From the NCBI GenBank assembly GCA_964057225.1, contig OZ059896.1:18228001-18292000 (forward strand): 64,000 nucleotides of DNA, given 5' to 3'. The notes below the pieces were generated by a model. That model saw only the letters and a list, made by a program, of their open reading frames with translations, ran no database searches and was not told the DNA's origin. Both the position numbers and the translations under genes were made by a program. This document shows positions 54,209 through 64,000 of this stretch, piece by piece. Source of the DNA: Auanema rhodensis (lineage: Eukaryota; Animalia; Nematoda). Each line of letters starts with the position of its first letter. The first letter of the stretch is position 1.

Positions 54209-54858
54209 TTTTTGGTACGTATCGGACTCCTAACTTCCGGTACTGTTATTTCACAGCTAGCCTTTCAGGCTTAAGAAGATACTCTTCTTCCACTTCCTTC
54301 AATTCTTCCACGTTAAGTAAGTTGACTCCTAGTACACGACACAAACAATCGTTTTCAGTCGATGTTGGAAGTAGATTGATGTAAAAAAGAACTTGTGAAG
54401 GTATAAGACACACAACTCAGTTCAATTTTAAGAAATTTATAACGAGTAAAACTATGTGCTTCCTATAGCGTTAATAGAAACACAAGGAAGCCAAGCAAAG
54501 CAAAGCAAGGCAGTCCTGGCCTCCAGCGCCACACAACAAAAAAGCCCCGCCCTCTCTGCGTCCATTGCGACAATTCAAACCCCAGCATCTCTGCGCTCTT
54601 ACTTCTTTTCTCTAGCTTCTCTACGCCCTCTTGCGAAGAGAATCTATCGTCAGCTCTCCTCCTCTTCCCTCCTCCTCTAAGGCTCAGGTCTTAGGCCGTC
54701 CCAACCAGAAGGATTCAGCTCCTCTCTCCTTTATCTTCACCTCCTCTTTCAGTCTACATCGGTGTCTCTATCAGATAGAGAACGCTTCTAGATTTAGTAC
54801 TTCTCCAGTAGCTGGATAGAAGTCGAATCTTCCACCTTTTGAACGTCGTTAGAAGGCG
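54209..54858. promoter_or_regulatory. Divergent promoter region between plc-4 and inx-18
   Basis: ATGs at 54208 (-) and 54859 (+) are 650 bp apart. A C-rich island at 54510-54740 holds a GC-box-like gccccgccc and tctctgcgtc/tctctgcgct (similar to the GAGACGCAGA-type motif). Confidence 0.5.
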
Positions 54859-57800
54859 ATGGTCGGTGGCTATCGTATAGGAATGCATTTCTTAGCCTCT
54901 GCACTTCGGTTTCTGGAACCCAGGTAGTTCTATATTGCCGATAAGGCTCGATTTAATCTTGATACGTTCTGAATTTCAAAATTACAGAGTTGACGATGAC
55001 TTCGTCGACCGTTTACACTATCTCTATACTTCAACTCTTGTTCTAATGTTTGCTGTCCTGGTTTCAGCAAAACAGTACGGTAGGTCTAAGAGATAACAAC
55101 ATTTCATGATCTCCCTTTTGAAACGAACGTTTTTTTTCACTAAAAATGAATAGATGATCTTATTTAAGTTTACTTTTGACATTTTTCGGCATAACGTATT
55201 ATATTCTCTTTCCCTATCACGGCCACTACCTATGAGCACTTGTACGTGCAGCCTGTTAACATGACCAGCTGTTGATGTTGTAATGAATATATCAGTGTGA
55301 GCGAGTGAGTGAGAAGAGGGCGAATGCTTGAGCTTCAGCGTATATATGAGAACTAAAAACGCCCAATTTCTCTTAAAGTAACCTCATCAGAAAACCTTCG
55401 TTTTCTCTTCTTTTTTTCTCAACTACTCCATTTCATTGTCTTTAAAAAAATCCGAAATGAGCTCTAAAGATAGCGAGAATATGAACATTAAGAAAGACAA
55501 TATCTCTAGAAACGCTGAAAACAGATTATGAATCTGAAAACATACAAAGTTCCAAACAAGAAAACGAAGGTGACTACTTGGTCTCCATAGTAAAGACATA
55601 CTTAGCCTTATAACTAGGCTCTTAGAGGAGAATTCCTTTTTCTTTTTCCACTTTTTTCCTGTAGGAATTACTTTCCTTTAATCGGTTTGCATATTCTTTA
55701 GTATGAAAACTTCACCTCTTCTACGATCTTCGGCTTCAGTTGAATGTTCTGAAGTGCCACCAGAATGACATGAAACTTCGGATCTTTCGCGAGAAAAAAA
55801 AGTATTTTAGCTTAAGTAAAAGCTTAAAATGTTCTAAAAAATCTGCAAAATATTCTTTATGATTTTAGTTTTATAATGATAAGCATATAAACAAATATAA
55901 CTAAATTAACTGTAGAGAATAGGATCATAAGAGGTAATTAAGAGATGATATACAAGATTCAGTATTTTCGGAACATATACATGATTATATCCATATTTGA
56001 TCAAACTACTTTACTACTACTATATGTTATAGTATATCTAACAAGTAGTTAGATATATATATACATATATTTCTGTTTTTTTCTTTTCTTATGACTTCAG
56101 ACTTCTTGTTTCATATCTCAAGCACATAGAAAAAGACAATAATTGTTAGAATATCAGCTATATATACATATACATAACTACAAGTATTTACTATACTATA
56201 TAGATAAATTAGGTTCATCTGCTCTTAACGTAAACGCTTTTCAATTCGCAGTCATCTTCACTTTTCATTATCTTCTCTTTCTTCATTACTATATACTTTA
56301 TATTATTCAGTCTTTTTCCATTAATATTAAACTCAATTAGTGTCGAATGTCAAACTTATCATTTTTTTTTACTTTTTGATAACTTTTCTTTTAATCTTAA
56401 AAGCCGGAAATGACCTTTTTTCCTCATATTAACTGAACTATGATGAATTTTTTTCTTCTTAAACTTTATTTTTTCTATAGTTTAACCAGGTTTTACTTTA
56501 GTTTATTCTAATTCTTTCCCCTCTTTTAGTTAGATTTAATTATATTCCAAGGAATTGAGATGAATACTTCCGTACTTTTTTATTTTTGCTTGTCATTTTG
56601 TTTAGACGACGTCTCAAACTTTTTCTTCCTAATAAGCTTTGTCATCAGCGTTTTGTTTCCAGCTTAGTCTGTATATTTCTATTGAGACGAGAAGCAAAGA
56701 CACGTATACGAACAATAGAAATATATGTATATATATGTATATATATTATATATATATAGTTTCTTCATTGTCATATTTTCTATTATGAACCAGCTGACTG
56801 ACCATTTAAAATTGAAATTTCATCTAAAAAGCGAACCATATGGTTCGTGTAATGCCTGGTCGCATCGGGCATGAACTGCTGGAAGATGGCAAGTCCGCCA
56901 GTCGGCCGATATGATATTCGTCATTTCATGAACCTCTTGTTTCAACCTATGTGTATAGCATGCTATATAACTTTCTTTCAACTTGAATAAGATGACGTCA
57001 TGCAATATCTTGAATAATGAAGAAGATTGCTATACTAAACATTAGAAGAAGTAAAAGGTAAGAAACTTTTGGGTTAGAAGATATTTGAACATTCAAGCTA
57101 ACCTCATACAAGCAAGTTCTTATGTTTTCAACTCAAGAGTGCTATTTATCGGTTCATACCGACATTTTCACGATCTGTGGTAAACTGATTACAACCTTTA
57201 CTTCAGTTTCTGCTTGAAGATTAGAACAGGCAATTACCTACTTCAATCCTTCTGATTTTGCGATGATGGTTTCATAGCACATTATGCTTTTCCAATATTA
57301 CCGATTGAATGAAAAACGTAAAAGCAGAAGCGATACTCACAGCTTGGTCAGGTTGGTCTGCGAAGACTGCCAGATGCTCTTAACCTTCAATTTGAACAAC
57401 GATTTTCAGATGTAATAAGCGACTTATCGAGGTTACGATTAAGCGACAATTGTAATTCCTCATTCAATTTGCCTATAGACTTCCAAATATAGTAGCAAAA
57501 ACTCTATTTTTCCTATTTAATTGGAACATAAACTTAAAAAAAATTAAAATTGTTCAAAGGTAGCTCTTATACTAAGCTTGGCTGAATAAGAAAAAGAAAA
57601 AGCTGTTTCGAGAGAGAAGGACAAGGAGAGTTAGTGAAATCGAGACAGGATACGGATGTGGATTTCAAGTGGAAAATTGCTTAAATATTACGTGAAACTT
57701 TGTAGATTCTCGAAACACAATTCAAAAAGAAAATTACCCGTTTTAAATACTTCGATTGTTCTCGATGTTTTATTCGATTCGATGCCCTTCTCTTTATTTT

Positions 57801-60800
57801 GCCGAATTACATGTATCCCCCTCTCCTCAAGTATGAGCTCACCTTCACCCTTCCTATTCCCTCTCATGTCTCTTACTCTCGCTGTTCCTCCCTCTCGCTC
57901 TATTTCTTTTCTGGAGAGTATGCATGTTCTTTAAACAGATTTACTTCCTTGGTTGGCGTACTTTCTAAACTTATTCACTAAAAGGTTCATATTCGTTCTT
58001 TAAGAATAGATAGATGGCAATAAGAGTATCACAGAATCATCTTTGTTTCATAAATACCAAACTCGTTTTCATCTGCTTACGAATGTGTTCTACATTTAAA
58101 CATTCTATTCTTCAAGATCTTAACTATCATATTCAAATGACGACTCAATTGATGAGATGGTGTGAAGCTACATAACTGTTGGAAAGTTCAGTCTAAAACT
58201 TTGACAGAAATGTATATAATATGACATATAGCTTTAGGCTATCCTTTTTCGGAAAGAGCAAACGTCCTCTATTTCTTTCTTCTGGACTATAAGCCCACCG
58301 AATAGTTTACTAAATTATGTTTGAGAAGTCAGCAGTGAAGCATCTGCTCATTCAATGTTGATGTATCATTTCAATAAGCTCAATAATACTATGAAAAATT
58401 ACAAAAAATATGCGCGGGGGGAATTTATCGAGATACTTCTACATAACCATGTGGCGTGCACACTTAGCAGCTTTTTTTTTCAAAAATGAATAGCTCCAAA
58501 GATAGATAAAGGTCAAATCGTTAATAATGATCATACATTGAGATGTTTCATTGTTAAAGAAGACACATTTCATTTTTATTTATGAATGTTTCACTGTTTG
58601 ACACATTTGCACTTATTCATAACTGTTCTTTGCGTTCATTTTCAATAACTAGATGATACACTCATGCTTATTCAACTTTACTCATCATTTTTCGTTTTTC
58701 TTCTTTGACGTTTCTTCACAAAAATAAGAGTTTGAATAGAAAAAACAATGTTTTAACAGCTTTTGAAGAAGCCAATGAATTTGAAATACGAATGAATGGT
58801 GTAATATGCAGATCTCTTCCGTTAAATAACGATGGCAGAAGATCATTTGATTGTAATTATGTACGAAATGGATAAGGAGTGAAGAAATGCCGAAAGATAG
58901 AGAAATCGCGAAGGAAGAGGGGGTGGAAGAAGACGTTTGAGAGAAAAGAACTGAACAACCGATCACACGAATTCATTGAAAATATCCAACCTGCAATTGC
59001 AAGAAGTACACGTAAGATGACGTCATATACTAAAGATGTATGGATACGACTTTTACGATATTCAATTTTCAAATTGTCTGATTGCTAATCACTGAAATCA
59101 ATCACATTTGTATTTTGAATCCAGGGACACACGTGGCGAGAAAGATGAAAGTAGGCTGAAAATGAGCAGCAGCAATTCATAATGCTGTAATCATCCATTA
59201 TCAATATATCAGCAATTGGATAAACGATAAAAGCTTACACATCATAGACACCAATAATGAGATAAAAGATATATTGAAGCAATTATGCTTTTCTGGCAAG
59301 TGGACATACATTTGGAATATGTATTATACGTATCCCTTTACTTCAATTTCGTTTCTTCTGTAAAACTTTTCAAGAATATCGATTGTGCATAAAATGAACT
59401 GAAGGGAAAATAAAAGAAACATTGAGTAATAATGATATTTTCAGTTGGCCATCCAATAGAATGTTTCGTGCCGGCCCAATTTACACGTGCTATGGAGCAA
59501 TATACAGAGAATTATTGTTGGGTTCAGAATACGTATTGGGTTCCATTTCAGGTTTGTTTTTTTTATTCTGCAAGTTTACTTAATTGTACGTTTGATTTTG
59601 CAACTGGGTGGTAATAAGGTTCCCAAAAGGAAAGAAGTACCGTTTTTTGAGGAACATAGAAGAAAAAGGAAATATTAATTGTCGAGAAAGACATTTCTTT
59701 CAAAATGAGAAATTGAAATCTTTTTCATGTTACCCGTTTTTTTCTATTTTTCTTCCTATAATCATTCTTTTATCTCTCTTTCTCTCTATCATTTCATGAA
59801 CACTGAACAAGAGCATAGGGAAGCTATGACAGACACGAGCTGCTTCCTTCGTCATGTTGCGAAAATGCTTTCTTTTAAGTTTGAAAAATGGAAAGAATGT
59901 TGGAGGTCTACTGAGAGCAAGGAAATGAGTATGAGAGTGAGTAAGCACAGAAATGTACTGCGGTTTATGAGATAGATGACTCAGGTATATGACAGGTAGC
60001 AGCTCGACTTTCCTTTAGAACAGAGAGACATTGTGGCAAAACTTGTAGCTGTCACTCATCTTTCCATCAAGTTTTACGCTTCTTTTGCATACGACCTATC
60101 TTGTTGCTAAGAATTGCCAGATTAAATATACGACTTCTTAAAGCATTTAATAACTAAATTTGTTACTATACTAACAAATATGTATATTTATGAAGTTGTG
60201 GCTGTTGAGATCATTAAATATATGCTAAGATACTAGTATATATATATAAATATATAATTCATATTGAAAACATATTGTTAATTGCAACTTGTCACAACAC
60301 TTCTGATGTTTCCTAGACGCTTTAAGCTTCTATTCCCGATTTTTATCAGAAACCAACAAATAATTTCCAAATCACGGTGTGTTTTTTCAGGATTTAATTC
60401 CTCATCGCTTGGATGACCGAGAACGAAGACAAATTGGCTACTATCAATGGGTACCTTTCGTTTTAGCTATTGCAGCTTTGATGTTTCATATACCATCATC
60501 AGTTTGGAGAATGCTTGCAAGTCAATCGGGTTAGTGTAATTTCATTCTTCTTATATACTTTCTTCAGAACTTTTTTTGAATACAAAAAAGCTTTGTTCCA
60601 TCTTGAAAGTTTTCATTAGAAACCACATAAATATAACGTAAATATTGATGAAGATAGATAATTGAGAGAATTTCTGAAAAGCCGAAGTTTGAGCTATTTT
60701 CTCTTAAACAGCTGACTGAAATGCTGGCCGGTTACATGAACTGGACGGCTGTGTGGTTCGCTAGCTATGCTGTATGTATAGCTTGTCTGCTCGGACAAAC

Positions 60801-62858
60801 GATAGTCGGAAGTTGTTATTTCACCAACATTCTCACATTTTCTTATCTTCTTCTTCTTTGGTTCAATATGATGACTAGAAAGAAGAGGATAGATTATGAT
60901 CTGAATGAATGAATGAATGAGGGAACATAATCACTCAATGATTGGATAATAATTAGCATTTTCTAAAAGATATTATTTTGAAAAAGTGAAATATTACAAG
61001 AAAAAACTAAAAAATATATTGTTAACTATAGATATTTAGCTTTAGAATCTTATTTACATGCAAAAAAACACAAAAAAAACGTAAGGACGGAATAAATAAA
61101 AATAAATAATTAAGAAAATTGAGTATAAATGATCATATCATATCGTTTTTTATGCTTTTAGCTAAAATTAGAATAGTTAATATGTTTTCTTTTTCCTTAA
61201 AAATATCATAATTAGAAAGAAAAAATAACAAGTCTCCAATTATTTTTCTTTAGTTTCTTTTTTCAATGAAAAATAATAATAAAAAAGAGATTCAATAAAT
61301 CTGGTTTATAAGAAAAAAAAAAGAAAACAACTTTGAAATAAAATAAATTTGGTTTAATAGTATTTTGCTCCTATTTCTTAAAATCATCAAATATTTTGCT
61401 ATTGCTTCCAAACTTAATAAAAATTATTATTTTAGGCTTGAATGCGGGACTTGTATTGCAACTAGCGTGTCAAGAACAAAATGTTGATCCAATTGTTCGA
61501 GCAAAAACAGTAGATATTCTGGCTAGGTTGGTTAAGCATTTTGTAAAATTGAATTACTTTCACTTATTTAGACATATTGATGATGCTCTCATGTATCAAA
61601 GAGATCATGGAGCTAAACGTAAAAATGTGTATCTGTTTGCTTTTGTTCGTTTAGGTGATGATTGAAGTTCATACAAGACATAAACGTTAAATTATTCTTT
61701 TTAGGCAAATTTTATGGATCCTATGTTTCAACCGTATATGTCTTCATCAAAACTCTTCATCTTTGTAATGTTCTAATTCAATTCATGATGCTCAATGCAT
61801 TCTTAGAAACATCAGAATATCCTTTATTTGGAGCTCATGTACTATATGATCTTTTTATGGTATTTTGTCTCTATTTCTGATTCTTTATCTTATTTTCCAA
61901 CTCTTCAAGGGACGTGAATGGAGAGATTCTGGAAAATTTCCAAGAGTAACTCTGTGTGATTTTGAAATTCGAGTACTTGGTAACGTTCATCGACATACTG
62001 TTCAATGTGTCTTGGTTATTAACATGCTGACAGAAAAAATCTTCATATTCTTGTGGTTATGGCTTACAGTACAGTTTACTTTTTTGAATTTGTTTTAACT
62101 CAAGATTATGCAGGTTCTGGCTACAATTACTGCTCTGAATCTGCTGTTTTGGCTATGTGCTTTGGTATCTGGACAATGCCGTCAGAATTTCGTAGCCAAG
62201 CACTTAGATATGGAAACAGATCAGATTGAACGATTTACTGATAGGTAATCCTCGCAACATTTTAAAATATTTTGATGTGCTAGGGCAAATATTTGAATTT
62301 TTTGTAAGACATATAACTATTGGTGTCATTTCTATTAAATTAGTGTTATGTATTCCATATAAAGATTTTATCTCCAGGTTTTTACGTCCGGACGGTGTAT
62401 TCCTACTACAAATGATCGCTGCTCATGCCGGAAACCTTACATGCGCTCGGGTAAGCTAACTCTCTTAAAAGTATTTTCTCAGGAAAACAATTAAATTAGA
62501 GAATATCTTTAACTTGTTGAACTTAATTGAGCCTTTTGATAACCTAATTATTATAATTATTCAACTGTTTTTTACACATAGTGTAAGTAAAGTCCTAATT
62601 TTCAGGTAACAGAAGCTTTGTGGCTTATATTCCTGCGTCGAAGTGGTAAGCCAGTAGCGGATGACAAAGTAATTGAAGGATCTGAACGTGAATGGGAAAG
62701 TGTAAGTGCATTTCCTAAATAACTTTGCTAGTCTTGTTTTTCAGAATGAAGATTATCTGATGGGTTCAATAAAGGAGTCAGATCGGCGGGATTCATGGCA
62801 TGAAACATCAATGCCTCCACCTATGCCACCACTTCCAAATCGAACACACTATGTGTGA
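54859..62858 (+). CDS. inx-18: Innexin gap-junction protein
   Basis: Exon 1 [22 protein letters not shown]; exon 2 [21 protein letters not shown] (~54988-55079); 4.4-kb intron; then [69 protein letters not shown]. Ends [14 protein letters not shown]. Confidence 0.9.
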
Positions 62859-63549
62859 AATTAATTTCTTGTTATAAGATTAATACAAGAAGAAGTATTA
62901 TACCAAGAACTTCTAAAATCAAGTTTATATTTTATGATTTTTTCATCACTTATTTTATAGTTTATTCTTATTAACAATCAAATTTATATGTTTCTTGCCG
63001 ATTTTATCGTATTATTCTTTTAATTTCTTCAAACGTTTCTATAGACAGTTTAGTTATTTTAATCCGTGTTTTGCCTAATTTTCAAAATTCAAACTATAGC
63101 TGAGTACCGACTACAGTCACGCTCAATCAAACATTCGTTACGTGTATGTGATCTCATGCTTCCAGTGTTAATGTTTCTTTCCATCCTAACTGAAATATGA
63201 CAGCCATACCAGATTCTCTAACATGTTGAATATGATTATTTCTAAAGCATGTCGTTCTAGTTCAGTTTTAAATATATTCATCGAAATAAATTGTTTATTC
63301 TTAACTAATTTCAGTTGCGATTTCAAATAAACGTTGAAGATATTGTCATATCCCGTAGAGTTTTAGGAATTATATAGTATTCTCAATAATATTCAATTCG
63401 ATTGATAAATAAATTAAATTAAATCATTATTATTGATTTATTTCTTAAGATTTTAAGCATAAACATGTTATTCAATTATCTACAGAATAATTTAGAGATC
63501 TAGTATTATATACAAACGGCGAATATCGGCTATTTTCTATTGCATTCCA

Positions 63550-64000
63550 TCAATTAAAAGGTAAAGGACTGGCTTGCAGAGCACGTTTGCTACAGATTTG
63601 TAAAGCTTCAAAAAGTCGGAACAGACCTGTGTCTTTTGGTCTTTCCAAGCCTCTTCTTAATCGACGTCGCATCACAGCAATCATTTCATCATTTGAAAGT
63701 TTTCCATCCTAGAAGAAAAAAGGAAAATTCTAAGATTTAATGAAAATGATCTCACCTGATTATCATCAAAGAGTGTAATCACAATATCAATCATATGATC
63801 GCTAAGATCAACTTGTGCAACTTTTGTTGCAACTCTATATAACAAAATAAAAGATTTTAACAATAACATTAGAGTAAAAACCTTTTTAATAGAGGGCCTT
63901 CTACTGGTAATCCAGCCATTCGATGAAAATGAAGAGCCATATCAACATCATCTATATGGTATAAAAATTGAAAAAAATCAGAAACCTGTAAAACGAATAA
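63550..64000 (-). CDS. micu-1: Mitochondrial calcium uptake protein 1, 3' end (partial)
   Basis: HIDDVDMALHFHRMAG, RVATKVAQVDLSDHMIDIVITLFDDNQDGKLSNDEMIAVMRRRLRRGLERPKDTGL..SPLPFN* match the MICU1 C-terminal EF-hand region. Stop at 63550-63552. Confidence 0.92.

Noticed and set aside
55580-55596. GTCTCCATAGTAAA, X-box-like
   Set aside because: It misses the terminal AAC and lies in an intron rather than a proximal promoter.
1-64000. CRISPR arrays, rRNA genes, TTAGGC telomeric arrays, prokaryote-like HGT genes
   Set aside because: None seen; all genes are intron-rich with nematode splice signals.

Overview
AT-rich eukaryotic genomic DNA from a rhabditid-type nematode, judged from TTTCAG acceptors, many 40-60 nt introns and proteins close to C. 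elegans ones. Genes were rebuilt by hand by joining GT-AG exons in phase. Homology calls rest on recalled motifs, not database searches. In order: the 3' tail of an unidentified gene; a decayed hAT transposase and a decayed mariner element; a highly divergent 14-3-3-fold gene (+); a divergent vWA/Ku-fold gene resembling Integrator subunit INTS14 (-); a secreted cysteine-cradle (apical ECM) gene (-) with an orphan membrane-protein gene nested antisense in one intron; cal-3-like calmodulin; bris-1/IQSEC ArfGEF; a POLR1D-isoform-2-like gene; dlc-2; vdac-1; a degenerate NME5-like NDK/Dpy-30 gene; plc-4; inx-18; and the 3' end of micu-1. The most interesting leads are the candidate nematode INTS14, the truncated 14-3-3-like protein, the nested gene, the run of Ca2+-signalling genes and two motif-sharing islands in inx-18 introns.
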